Origin: Mobula hypostoma
Taxonomy: Eukaryota
Direction of reading: 5' to 3'
Assembly (NCBI RefSeq): GCF_963921235.1
Contig: NC_086108.1
Coordinates: 55,058,001 to 55,122,000 of the forward strand
DNA: 64,000 nt
Part shown: positions 25,945 to 38,719 of the stretch, piece by piece
How positions within the stretch are numbered: the stretch's first letter is position 1
Layout: every line of letters starts with the position of its first letter
Position numbers and translations under genes: made by a program
The notes under the pieces: model-generated
The model's database searches: none
Told to the model about the DNA's origin: nothing
The model's input: only the letters and a program-made list of their open reading frames with translations

Positions 25945-26215
25945 TGCTGCATGATGGATTCAATCCTGGCCTCGGGGCATGTCTGTGTAGAATTTGCATG
26001 TTTTCCCTTTGACTGTGTGGGTTTCCCTGTCTGCTCTGGATCCCTTCTATATCCCAAAGGAGAGGGTTAGTTAGCTACTGTAATTTAAGAGAGTGGTAGA
26101 GTCTGGGGATATCTGAGGGAATTGGTGGCAGGATAATTTGGGATCATTGTTAATGGACGCTCGGTGGTCAGCATGGAGTCAAGTGGGCTAGAAGGACTGT
26201 TTTTGTGCTGCATAG
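25945..26215 (+). mobile_element. V-SINE (HE1-like), diverged
   Basis: B-box-like ggattcaatcc, then tgtctgtgtagaatttgcatgttttccc..gtgggtttcc core and CR1-like tail. Confidence 0.7.
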
Positions 26216-27773
26216 TTTTATCTTTCAAAATAATCATGATAGTAACAAAAAGGAAGTCAACTAAGCATTCAGATTATAGTGTATAAGTATGGAATTAATT
26301 AATATCAACTTTTAATTATTTCATCAAGTACTGAAGTGTTTTTTTCACCAGCCAAATAAAGAACACATAATAAGGATGACCTGAAAACCAAAGACGGTTA
26401 TTACAAGTAAACCCTTCTTTTAGTTCTGCATAGTGAATTCCATACTAATGGTCAGTGTTTTTCAGTTAATTTAATAACAAGAGACAAACAGGTTTATTTT
26501 TTTTTTGCTGAGTTATAAGGACTGGTAAGTAATAACATGGCATGTGTCCACAACTGAACACAGCAAATCAATTAGTATTAATTAAACCTAATATTTAAAG
26601 AAATGTGTTAGCTGTAAAGGCATAAAATCAATGTCACATAGTATTAACTGCAATGGCGGTAACATCATATCCTTCAGTGTCTCAAAGAAGACTTTCAGCA
26701 GATGAACATTTTAATGTTTGTCCAAAAGAAAGCAATTTGTTATTCCCACTGATGCCAGGAAGGTACTCATGTTCTCCAGCGAAGTATTTCCTCATTATTG
26801 CCTAAGATTTTTTTTTTTGGTCTACAACTGCTAACATTATTTTGCATTAATGACCATTTGTTTGTAGATTGCTTGAATTAAACAAAGTAATTATCACGTG
26901 TATGGTTAATATGGTACTGAATCATTTCAATAAATCCCTTCTGATAGAATGTTTCTACCAAATAAAGTTTAGGTTTTTGATTTCATATCTTTAATTTTAC
27001 AGCAATAGATCAATAATTTCATCTAGTTAATGAAAGTTCTCATTTCAGTACATTAGACATCCAGTAATTTTGCGGTATTTTAAAAAGTTTCTTTATTGGT
27101 GAATTGTTTTATTATTGTCACATGTAGTGAGGTACAGTGAAAAACCTGTCTTGCATACAATTGTTCAGATAATTCATTACAACAGTGCACTGAGATAGTA
27201 CAGGTTAGACCAATAGCCGTGCAGAAGAGTATTGTCATTATAATTTTAGTTGATACTTTCCTATAACTTAAAGAATATTTCAGGTGATTAAAATAATGGA
27301 TCAAGAGTATTTTTTGTTGGTCTTGTTCAGTTTTTTTTCTCGGATGTATAGCCCTGTATATTTTTGTGTTTCTTCACCTTTATTGCGGCTACTCATTTGC
27401 TTCTTTGACTGATCTCCAAGTTCGCTTTATTACTTACCCATTAATACCTGGTTTATTTGGGTTCAAGGCAGGCTTTAGTAGGAATTTCAAAGCATATTTC
27501 TACAATTGTGAGGAGCCACTACGTTGCATCAAGGCCTGTCATTATTTCATTATTGAATTAACTTGCTTTCAGATTCATAATTGAGATGAAAGCATCCAGC
27601 ATTTTCTTAAACACAAGGCTAAAAATCACCACAGTACACATAACTGAAGATCAGCTGGAAGTACTATTCAGCAGAGAGATGAAATTATGTGCGTGCTTGC
27701 TCTGCAATAAAACATTTAAATGAAACTGTTTCAGAAATGCAATGAATTAATAAGTAACATTCTTTACCATTAG

Positions 27774-27849
27774 AATAAGAAGTCTTGTCTGGAAAGAAGT
27801 TCCTAATCCTAACAAATGCTCGTGGGCTCAAGGAATTAACTTTAAAAAG
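27774..27849 (+). CDS. LEPR: Leptin receptor Box1 exon ([25 protein letters not shown])
   Basis: tctttaccattag acceptor and AAG|GTGAGT donor; 76 bp. Matches human [25 protein letters not shown]. Confidence 0.97.
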
Positions 27850-27924
27850 GTGAGTTTTTAAATTCCCTTGTTCCTTCACTTGTTGTGAATTTGTCAATAA
27901 CGAACATACAAGTTTGACTACAGA

Positions 27925-30662
27925 GATTTCCTAACCGGAAGACCAGAACCTGTGAGGATCGGTGATAACATCTCCTCGCTGATGATCAACAGGGGTGCAC
28001 CTCAGGAGTGTGTGCTTAGCCCACTACTAGATACACATAACTGTGTGGCTAGGCATAGTTAGAATACCATCTATAAATCTGCTGACGATACAAACATTGT
28101 TGGTAGAATCTCAGGTGGTGACGAGAGGGCGTATTAGAGTGAGATATGCCAACTAGTGGAATGGTGCAGCAGCAACAACCTGGCACTCAACATCAGTAAG
28201 ACAAAAGAGCTGATTGTGGACTTCAGGAAAGGTAAGACGAAGGAAGACGTACCAATCCTCAAGAGAGGGATCAGAAGTGGAGAGAGGGAGCAGCTTCAAG
28301 TTCCTGGGTGTCAAGATCTCTGAGGATCTAACCTGGTCCCAACATATTGTTGCAGTTATAAAGAAGGCAAGACAGCAGCTATACTTTATTAGGAGTTTGA
28401 AGAGATTTGGCATGTCAACAAATACACTCAAAAACTTCTATAGTTATACCATGAAGAGCATTCTGACAGGCTGCATCACTGTCTAGTATGGCTACTACGC
28501 AGGACTGAAAGAAGCTGCAGAATGCTGTAAATCTAGTCAGCTCCATCTTGGGCAATAGCCTATAAAGTACCCAGGACATCTTCAGGGAGCGGTGTCTCAG
28601 AACGGCAGTGTCCATTATTAAGGACCCCCAGCACCCAGGGCATGCCCTATTCTCACTGTTGCCATCAGGTAGGAGGTACTGAAGCCTGAAGGCACACACT
28701 CAGCGATTCAGGAACAGCTTCTTCTCTCTGCCATGCAATTCCTAAATGGACATTGAACCCTTGAACACTACTTCACTTTTTTAAATATACAGTATTTCTG
28801 TTTTTTTGCACATTTTTAATCTATTCAATATATGTCCCGCTCCCTCCGGATGAACCGGACCTGGTGGCATCGAGATTCATCGTCACCGAGGAGGACGTTA
28901 GAAGGGCCTTCCTGGAGATAAATCCAAGGAAGGCGATGGGCCCAGATTGCGTCCCAGGACGGGTTCTCTGGGTCTGTGCAAGCGAGCGAGCTGGAGTGTT
29001 TGCTGACATCTTCAACCGCTCCTTGCTTCAGTCTAAGATCCCCTCATGTTTTAAGAAGGCAACGATAATCCCAGTGCCGAAGAAGAGCAAGGTGGTATGC
29101 CTGAATGACTATCGACCTGTGGCTCCGACATCAATTGCTATGAAGTGCTTCGAGAGATTGGTTATGGCACACATCAACCACAGCCTACCGGTCAACCTTG
29201 ACGCTTTGCAATTCGCCTACCGGAGCAACAGATCAACAGCAGTTGCCATCTCTCTGGCCCTACGTTCCTCCTTAGAACACCTGGAGAATAAAGACGCATA
29301 TGTAAGGCTCCTTTTCATTGACTACAGCTCTGCCTTTAATATCATCGTTCCAAATAAACTGATTCCTAAGCTCCGGAACCTGGGTCTTAGCACTCAGATC
29401 TGCAGCTGGATCTTCAACTTCCTCACAGACAGGACCCAAGCTGTAAAAATAGGGGACAAGCTCTCCTCTACAATCACTCTGAGCACCGGTGCCCCACAAG
29501 GCTGTGCGCTCAACCCCCTGCTGTAATCTCTGTACACCCTTGATTATGTAGCCAAGTTTCCATCAAACTCAATATATAAGTTTGCTGATGACACAACAAT
29601 TGTAGGCCGTATCTCGGGTAATGATGAGTTCGAGTACAGAGAGGAAATTAAGAACCTGGTGGCACGGTGCGAAGACAATAACCTATCCCTCAACGTCAGC
29701 AAGACGAAGGAATTGGTTGTTGACTTCAGAAGGAGTAGCGGACCGCACGACCCAATTTACATCGGTGGTGCGCAAGTGGAAAAGGTAAAAAGCTTTAAGT
29801 TCCTCGGGGTCAATATCACAAATGACCTGACTTGGTCCAACCAAGCAGAGTTCACTGCCAAGAAGGCCCACCAGCGCCTTTACTTCCTGAGAAAACTAAA
29901 GAAATTTGGCCTGTCCCCTAAAACCCTCACTAATTTTTATAGATGCACCGTAGAAAGCTTTCTTCTGGGGTGCATCACAACCTGGTCTGGAAGTTGTCCT
30001 GTCCAAGACCAAAAGAAGCTGCAGAAGATCGTGAACACAGCCCAGCACATCACACAAACCAATCTTCCGTCCGTGGACTCACTTTACACCGTATGCTGTC
30101 GGAGCAGTGCTGCCAGGATAATCAAGGACACGACCCACCCAGCCAACAGACTTTTCGTCCCTCTTCCCTCCGGAAGAAGGTTCAGGGGCTTGAAGACTCG
30201 TACAGCCAGATTTGGGAACAGCCTCTTTCCAACTGTGATAAGACTGCTGAACGGATCCTGACCCGGATCTGGGCCGTACCCTCCAAATATCCGGACCTGC
30301 CTCTCAGTTTTTTTGCACTACCTTACTTCCCAATTTTCTATTTTCTATTTATGATTTATAATTTAAATTTTTGATATTTACTAATTTTAACTATTTTAAT
30401 ATCTTTAATATTTAATATTTGTAATCCAGGGAGTGGGAAGCACAGAATCAAATATCGCTGTGATGATTGTATGTTCTAGTATCAATTGTTTGGCTACAAT
30501 AAAGTATAAAGTGTAAAGTATACTGTAATTGATTTATTTATTATTATTATGCTTATTATAATTTTTTTCTCTTCTATATTATTTATTGCATTGAACTGCT
30601 GCTGCTAAATTAACAAATTTTATGTCACATGCCAGTGATAATAACCCTGATTCTGATTCTGA
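27925..30662 (+). mobile_element. Older Rex1/Babar LINE 3' part whose 3' UTR hosts a young copy
   Basis: ORF 28214-28486 FKFLGVKISEDLTWS..KKARQQLYF; (CTGATT)n tail at 30647-30662. Confidence 0.75.
28835..30520 (+). mobile_element. Young Rex1/Babar LINE, 5'-truncated RT region, nearly open
   Basis: ORFs 28864-29526 ([34 protein letters not shown]) and 29659-30261 share a frame and are separated by a TAA; AATAAA plus taaagt tail. Confidence 0.92.
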
Positions 30663-31079
30663 TGTTGAGTGAACAATTAGAGTAATAGATATTCGAGAGT
30701 GTTTGTGTAGAAATGAGCAAATTTTTTTTGCACTGAATGTAGGATAATAAACAATGTTACACAAATGAGTGGGATACTGAGATTAATGTTCTGTGTACTG
30801 GATAATTGTAATTAAAATAATTTATTGTTGAGTTAAGGCCTTTTAAAAGTACCATATCAAACACCGAATCAATAAAAATCTGGTTGAGGGAATCATATTA
30901 AATAAGCACTGAGTAAACAGGTTCAGTGTATTCTCAGCTGAGATATTAATATCAAATTAGATCAAATATTTTGCACACTTTGTAATTTTTCTTTCCAAGT
31001 GATTAATATCAATTGAATCATATTTATAGCACACCTTTCCTATTCCCCATATGTTCTCCTGTGTTCTGGAACTGATGAT

Positions 31080-31300
31080 TTACTTTTGAAATGTAGTCAC
31101 TATGGTTAACTGAGAGTCAAAATACACTCAGCAGGTTCCCCCTAAAGATAATCTGATACAAGCAGATAATTTGTTTCGCTGATATTGACTGAGAATGCAG
31201 TATTAGCCAGGTCACTGGAAGACTCTACTTCTTTGTGAAATAAAAATGTAAGATCTATTCAGTCCAGTCGAGGGGGCAGGGAGGTGTATGCCATTTAATT
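31080..31300 (-). mobile_element. Deu-domain SINE remnant (AmnSINE1/SacSINE1-like), old
   Basis: cttttgaaatgtagtcact..cagataatttgttt..tgatattgactgag..tattagccaggtcactggaaga..gatctattcagtccagtcgagggggcag follows the Deu-domain order as I recall it. Confidence 0.55.
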
Positions 31301-31615
31301 CCTTGGGTACTTCTCAGAGGTGGGAGTACTACCAATGACGGGCGATGAATATTGTGTCTAGTGTACTTTGGACTGTCTTTGAAGATAGGTCATGAATTAA
31401 TTGCAATTTAGTGTTAAGTAGCTGAGGATTATATATAGTCCTTTATTACAATCACCGAAAATACAATACTCTTCGAAAAGAAGTGCGGAGGGGAAGAATT
31501 GACATTGCTCCCAAATATCTCTGTGTTTAGCATCTCCAATGGTGAAGACTGGTGAGCAGTTGACTTTGGAACACTACATATTGGTCTAGTTCCTTAAATT
31601 TCTGGATTTTAGACT

Positions 31616-33950
31616 GTAAGACCATAAGACATGGGAGCTGAAAATAGGCCTTTTGGCCCATCGAGTCTGCTCTGCCATTCAATCATGGCTGATCCTTTTT
31701 TTCCTCCTCAACCCCGGTTCTGGCCTTCTCCCTGTTACCTATGATGCCATGTCCAATCAAGAATCTATCAATCTCTGCCTTAAATACACCCAATGACCTG
31801 GCCTCCACAGCTGCATGTGGCAACAAATTCCACAAAATCACCATCCTCTGGCTAAAGAAATTTCTTCACATCTCTGTTTTGAATGTGTGCCCCTGTATCC
31901 TGAGGCTGTGCCCTCTTGTCCTGGACTCTCCCACCATGGGAAACATCCTTTCCACATCTACTTCATCTAGGTCTTTCAACGTTCGAAAGGTTTCAATGAG
32001 AACACCCCCCCCCACCCCATCCTTCAGACCAGAGCCATCAAACGTTCCTCATATGATAACCCTTTCATTCCTGGAATAATCCTTGTCAACCTTCTCTGGA
32101 CGCTCTCCAATGCCAGCACATCTCTTCTAAAATGAGGAGCCCAAAATTGTTCACAATACTCAAGGTGAGGCCTCACCAGTGCCTTATAAAGCCTCAGCAT
32201 CATATCCTTGCTCTTGTATTCTAGTCCTCTTGAAATGAATGCTAACATTGCATTTACCTTCCTCACCACCAACTCAACCTGCAGGTTAACCTTTAGGGTG
32301 TTCTGCACAAGGACTCCCATGTCCCTTTGCATCTCAGATTATTGTATTTTCTCCCCATTTAGAAAATAGTTCACACATTTGTTTCTACTACCAAAGTGCT
32401 TGACCATGCATTTTCCAACATTATATTTCATTTGCCACGTTCCTGCCCATTCTCCCAATCTGTCCAGGTCCTTCTGCATCCTACCTGTTTCCTCAATACC
32501 TGCCTCTGCACCAATCTTCATTATCATCTGCAAACTTGGCAATAAAGCCATCTATTCCATCATCTAAATCATTTATATACAGCATAAAAAGAAGTGGTCC
32601 CAACACCGACCCCTGTGGAACACCACTAGTCACTGGCAGCCAACTAGACAAGAATCCTTTTATTCCCACAAGGATTCTTTTACTCCCACTCACTGCCTTC
32701 TTCCGATCAGCCAATGCTCTAACCATGTTAGTAACCTTCCTGTAATACTGCAGACTTTTAACTTGGCAACAGCCTCATGTGTGGCACCTTGTCAAAGGCC
32801 TTCTGAAAGTCCAAACATACAACATCCACTGCATCCCCTTTATTTATTCTACTTGTAATCTCCTCAAAGAATTTCATCAGGTTTGTGAGGCAAAGTTTTC
32901 CCTGAAGGAAACCATGCTGACTTTGTCCTATCTTGTCCTGTGTCAACAAGTACTCCATCACCTCATCCTTAACAATTGAATTTAACATCTTCTCAACCAG
33001 TGAGGTCAGGCTAACTGGTCTATAACTTATTTTCTGCTGCCTTCCTCCTTTCCTAAAGAGTGGAGTGACATTTGCAATATTCCAATCCTCTGGCACCAAG
33101 CCAGAATCCAGTGATTTTTGAAAGATCATTGCTAATGCTGCCACAATCTCTAATGCTACCACTTTCAGAACCCTAGGGTGCAGTTCATCTGGTCTGGGTG
33201 ACTTATGTACCTTTAGGTCTTTCAGCTTTTTGAGCACCTTCTCCCTTGTAATAGTAACTGCACCCACTTTTCTTCCTTCACACACTATAACATCTGGCAC
33301 ACTGCTCGTGTCTTCCACAGTGAAGACTGATGCAAAATACTCATTTAGTTCATCAGCCATCTCCTTGTCCCCTGTTACTATTTCTCCTGCCTCATTTTCT
33401 AGTAGTCCTATATCCACTTTCTAGTAGTCCTATATCCACTCTCATCTCTCTTTCATTTTTTACATACTTGAGAAAGCTTTTACTATCCACTTTGATATTA
33501 CTTGCTAGCTTGCTTTCATATTTCACCTTTTCCCTTCTAATGATTCTTTTAGTTGCTCTCTGTAGGCTTTTTAAAACTTCCCAATCCTCTATCTTCCCAC
33601 TAACTTTTGCTTTGTTGTAGGTCCTCTCTTTTGTTTTTACTGCCTATGCTGCTCTGCTAACATGTCTGCCAGCAGCTCCTTCAAATTTACTTTCGCCAAC
33701 TCCTCTCTCATACCACTGTAATTTCCCTTACTCTACTGAAATACTACTACGCCAGACGTTACTTTCTCCCTATCAAATTTCAAGTTGAACTCAATCATAT
33801 TGTGATCACTGGTTCCTAAGAGCTCTTTTACCTTAAGCTCCCTAATTGCCTCCAGTTCATTACGTAACACCCAATCCAGTACAGCTGATCCACTAGTAGG
33901 TTCAATGACAAACTGCTCTAAAGAGCCATCTCTTATGAATTCAACAAACT
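31616..33950 (-). mobile_element. CR1 LINE ORF2 (RT) and 3' UTR, decayed
   Basis: ORFs 32758-33417 (YRPVSLTS, QHGF, LDFQKAFDKVPH), 32493-32726 ([15 protein letters not shown]) and 32024-32332; (TCTTATGG)-type tail. Confidence 0.92.
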
Positions 33951-34674
33951 CTTCAATCTGTTGTTGCTCTCAGCTCTTCAATCCACCTGTCTACCTGAAA
34001 TAAACACGGATCATTAAATTGAAACTCAAAAAGAATCATCAAAATCAGCAATGGTTCTTTCTTTTTTATTTATGATTTTTTGTACAAATTGAAGACTATT
34101 CACCCTAAAACTATCAGCAGATATTCTGATAATTACACCTCACTTGCTTTTGTTAGTCAGATTCCCAGACAATGGAGAGTCAGAAGGAAGAAAATGGTGT
34201 TTTGTTACAACATTGGGAATACCTCATAGGACCTATGTAAATACCATCAAGGACACACCTCTTGCCATGACAATATGCTTCCTGAAATAGCAACTCAATT
34301 AATTTCCCAGTGGCTATATTAACAATGTAAGATAGTAATAAAAATAATTTTTAAATGAGGTGCATGCTTATATATGATCATATCATATGCGCTCTTTTAA
34401 TCAATTACAAAATAGCATTTCAGTATTATTTGCTTTTTTGTTATTCTATTGCAGATTAATACAACAAGAGAAATAGTGAGAACTTAAAAGTACAATATCG
34501 GATATTACTAGTCCACAATTGAACATAAAATTTATAAATAATGTTACTTGCTATTTGCTACTTGTAAAACCACAAATATTTTCATAATTAGCAGAAATGG
34601 CTGTTGCTGATGTTTCTTATTTTAATCTTTAGAAGGATCTTAAAATTATTTAAAATGTTGTCTTTCTTTTGCAG

Positions 34675-35460
34675 CCTGACGCTGCTGCCAATGTATTTGG
34701 GAAATACAGTCAAGGTGTATTACCCGTTTCCCCACAACTTGTGGAATCAGAAATATTTGCTGCAGCAATCATAGAAGAGATAATACAATTTAAAGAAGAC
34801 AAAAGTGTAATTGCTGTGGATTCTGGAAGTGAGGTAGTAATGAAGCAAAATGCAAATTCATCAGATATTCAAGGTCTGAGTGAAAGTAATAACATAGATA
34901 GCAAAATAGAAGACAATGTGGAAACTACTTGTGCACAGTCAAAATCTGAATATTCGAAGATTATGATAGACGTGGAAATGGATCCACTTTGCACAAAACA
35001 GAAGTGCGTAAGCAGCTATTCCGATGAAGGTGTGTATTCAGGCAATGAAACTGACAGTTCTAGTAATGAATCTAATAACCTGTGGGAATTTCAAAAACAT
35101 ACACTCATGCAGTTAATCCAATTTGATGAAGCCAATTCAAGTTCTATTATTTCTTCAGAGGGTTTCTCTGAATCTCATGAACAAGAAAGCAAAGTCTTCT
35201 TCAATGGCAATGATGAAGGAGTAGATTTTTGTTACTTGGAACAGACTTCATTTGAGGACGTTGCTAACAGTAACATAGAAGGACACACTGTGCAAGAGCT
35301 GCCACTTCTGGAAAAATGTTTATCTCTGGACTTTCAGAATCCATCTGAAATTTATTCAATATCTTACCTGAATTCATTGTTGAAATTCAGCCTGAATGGA
35401 GATCACCCTCCTCAGAGGGCACTCAGGTCATATATGCCTCAGTTTCAAACAGACTTCTAA
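34675..35460 (+). CDS. LEPR: Leptin receptor terminal coding exon (long-isoform cytoplasmic tail, 261 aa)
   Basis: tctttcttttgcag acceptor, phase 0. PDAAANVF..VESEIF (Box2 region), Ser/acidic tail, SEYSKI, FCYLEQTS and STAT3 motif SYMPQFQT before TAA. Confidence 0.95.
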   Translation, partial: PDAAANVFGKYSQGVLPVSPQLVESEIFAAAIIEEIIQFKEDKSVIAVDSGSEVVMKQNANSSDIQGLSESNNIDSKIEDNVETTCAQSKSEYSKIMIDVEMDPLCTKQKCVSSYSDEGVYSGNETDSSSNESNNLWEFQKHTLMQLIQFDEANSSSIISSEGFSESHEQESKVFFNGNDEGVDFCYLEQTSFEDVANSNIEGHTVQELPLLEKCLSLDFQNPSEIYSISYLNSLLKFSLNGDHPPQRALRSYMPQFQTDF

Positions 35461-36025
35461 GCACTGAAAAGCAAGCAATATTGATGACCAAATATCATCT
35501 AGCCATCTTAAAGGTTAGCCTGCAATTGACTGATGTTTTTGACTATGTATACATTACATTGTATCATTTTGTGTTGTCTAAATCCATTCCAAACCCAGGA
35601 CGAGTGTGTTCATGAATAATGGCCTTATGTGTACTGAGCATTTCATTCTTGCACCCTATTAATTTGATTAGCTAATAATATTAGAAAGGATGGTAAGACA
35701 GTGCAATAAATTCAAAAAGCCATAAAAGATTAATTATTAATCAGTAATTATTGATAAGGTATTGAATTAAGTTCTATGGCTTTAAAAATCACAAATTAAG
35801 GCATAATATTTTGGAAGTGGATGGGATTTCATCGAGGTTAGAATGCCCAAAATAGAAAGTACATACAGGGTACCACTTAAATTTCAGAAGCATGACATTA
35901 GTATAAGTACAAAGAAGAGAGTAAAGTTTAAAGGACTGAGGTGGTCTCTAGATTAAATTCTATGCCTTGATATCATTAAGTACCTTGATAACTTCAACGG
36001 TTTGAGTGTTACATTGGCATAAGGT

Positions 36026-36153
36026 GGGTCTCGGCCTGAAACGTCGACTGCGCCTCTTCCTATAGATGCTGCTTGGCCTGCTGCGTTCACCAGCAACTTT
36101 GATGTATATTGCTTGAATTTCCAGCATCTGCAGAATTCCTGTTGTTTGCGTTT
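36026..36153 (+). mobile_element. Penelope-like terminal-repeat fragment (3' half of hammerhead motif)
   Basis: gggtctcggcctgaaacgtcgactg..gatgctgcttggcctgctgcgttcaccagcaac..ccagcatctgcaga; same family as 21081-21638. Confidence 0.75.
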
Positions 36154-36769
36154 AAACTCTGATTAATCTGATATGATTCCATTAGAATGCATAGAACTCT
36201 GAGCCTGTACTGTCAACCTATTAAATAAACGCTGATACGACTTCTACTTTACATCATACACAAATAGAGGCTCTCATTGACGCATCAGTATCTTTTTATA
36301 CAAAGAATAAATAAATTCAAAATATTCATTCTACTAACCAATGTCATGTACCATCACTTAATGCTGAATTCACCATTATTCCTTCAAGAAGCTTAGCACA
36401 TATTTTTCTGAGCCTTGATTAAACTTGATGCCTTGAGGGCTTTGTTCAGTGTTAAGCCTGCATGCCATTTACTTACTGTGCAGGGGCTTATATGTTTGGT
36501 GCCAATATGATGGTAACAAGTTTAATGCATGAACCTTGATATGATCTCCAAACACTAAAGGTCCACACTTTGTTTCTGGACTACAGAAATAAAAAATCAG
36601 CCAAAGTCCATGTAAAGAATCATTGATTTATGTTGAAAGTCATTGAATCTTTATAGGAGTCTATTTTCCAGCATAAAACCAGGAAAGCAGATTCTTTTCT
36701 GAAGTAAATGGGATACTTTTTATCCAGAGAATAGTTGGAGATCAGTCTTTAAGCTGATAACAGTGTGTG

Positions 36770-37760
36770 AAATTGGAATTAATTTATTATTGTCACGTGG
36801 ACTGAGATACACTGAAAAACATTTTGCAAGTCATCATGTGCATCATTTCAACACACAAATACATTGAAGACAAGGGAAACACAGCAGAGAAGGAAGAACG
36901 TAGTGTTACAGAGAAAGTGCAGTGCAGTAATGGGGTAGGTTGTGAATTCCTTAATGATGGATGCAACCTTTTGAAGATGTCCTTGTTGGTGGGAAGGCTT
37001 GTGCCCATGGTGGAAATGGCTGAGTCTACAAGCCTCAGTAGCTTTTCTTGTTCCTATGCATTGGCGCCTCCATGCAAAGCAGTGATGCAACCAGTCAGAA
37101 TGCTCCCCTTGGTAGAAATTTGCAAGTGGGGTATGCTGAATCTCCTTTGTTTTCTGAGGAAGTAGAGTGCAGGTGTGTTTTTTTTTTGCCCTATGTGGTT
37201 GGGCACCAACAGACCATTGGTGATATTTACAGCAAGGAACTTGACCATCATCATTGATAAATACAGGAACATGTGCTCCACCCTGCCTCCTGCAGCTCTT
37301 GTTTTGCTGATATTGAGAGAAAGTTTGTTTTCCATGACAACATGTTCATAGGTTTTCTATTTCTTACCTGATTCAGCTGAAGCAGGTAGGTGCGAGCCAT
37401 GTTTCGATGTGTCTGATCCCTTCAATATGTAACTTTCACTTTAAATTCATCTCCTTTAGTTTCAATGACCTAGGTGTTTGCTGGGATTACACTGGGGAGG
37501 TAGGGACTTGATTCTGGTTTACTTGTTATTTGAGATCTGGTCTACTATGGTGAACTTGTAGAATCTGGCCACTGCATAGGGAATAAAGTAGGGAGGAGAG
37601 GACTCAACCTTGTGGGTCACCAATACCGAGGACAGTCGTGGATGAGGCATTGCTGTCTATGCTTATCTGCGAACAAATGCAATCTTCTACCTGCTTCTGC
37701 AGTAATAAATAGGCCAAGGTTATCTGGGAAGTTGGAGATGATGTGACCATGACTAGCCTA
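36770..37760 (-). mobile_element. Old Rex1/Babar-like LINE remnant
   Basis: ORF 37054-37335 NKLSLNISKT..KFLAVNIT..LYFLRK..GSILTGCITA. Confidence 0.6.
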
Positions 37761-38719
37761 TTGAATCATGTAATGATGTTATCTGAATTGCTATGTCAGT
37801 GATTAATGAAGTGAAACACTCCCTGTTATCCTCCTCTTCCTTCAATCATTACAAACCACACTTACATAATATGGGCAAAATAACAACGATAGAGAAAAGA
37901 TAGGAAAGGAGCATTTTCCATTTGAAGTATACATTGATTTACACTACTATTAATGTGCCTTTTGCAAAATTATACCATTTGAAAGAAATATATAGATATG
38001 AAATATTCCTTCATACATTTTAATGCTGAAAATATTTACATGCTAAAGTTTATTTTTTCACTAAATGAGGCTTGCAGTTGAAAATGTGGAAATGTAAAAT
38101 TGTCCCTTATATCAAGGATTGGAATGTTTTGCATTTTGTGATTATTTTTTTATTCTACATATAGTTTAGCATCTTTGTTATGTGTGTGGTGCTAAATGTT
38201 ATAACTTACAACAAATTGTATATATTTGCATTTAATAACCTGTTTGGTTCATAAAAACATAAGAAATAAAACCAGAACTAGGCCACTCCACCTTTGTGCC
38301 TGGTTTACCATTCAAAAAGGTCGTGGCTGAAGTTTTTGAATAAAAGTATCTCAACTCTCCTAAACTAACCTCACATTCCATGCTTCTCTTGCAATCCATG
38401 ACACAGCGTTATCAAAGTCAGTGTTCCATCTATCCTTTTGCTGTACTCTATGGGTTAAATATTGATGAGTCATCTTCATCCCAAGTGTCATTTTGTTTGG
38501 AAGAGCTGTGAATTATTTTTAGTTTGCAGGTGATGGATAGAGTGGCCTTTTGACCCACTCTTATATAACCAATATGCTTTTGTGTTTCTGTGGAAAAATA
38601 TTATTTTTCTTCTCCATGTCTGTTTTAGTCATCTAACTATACTTCAAAATTTCCAGTTGGGAGATCAGTGTAAGAGATTCTAGATTGAAAGTCCATAATA
38701 CCTATAAGAAAGGAGTTAC

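Noticed and set aside
34669..34674. Start of the 263-aa ORF as a standalone gene
   Set aside because: The TTG start lies in the splice acceptor (ttgcag); the ORF is the terminal LEPR exon.
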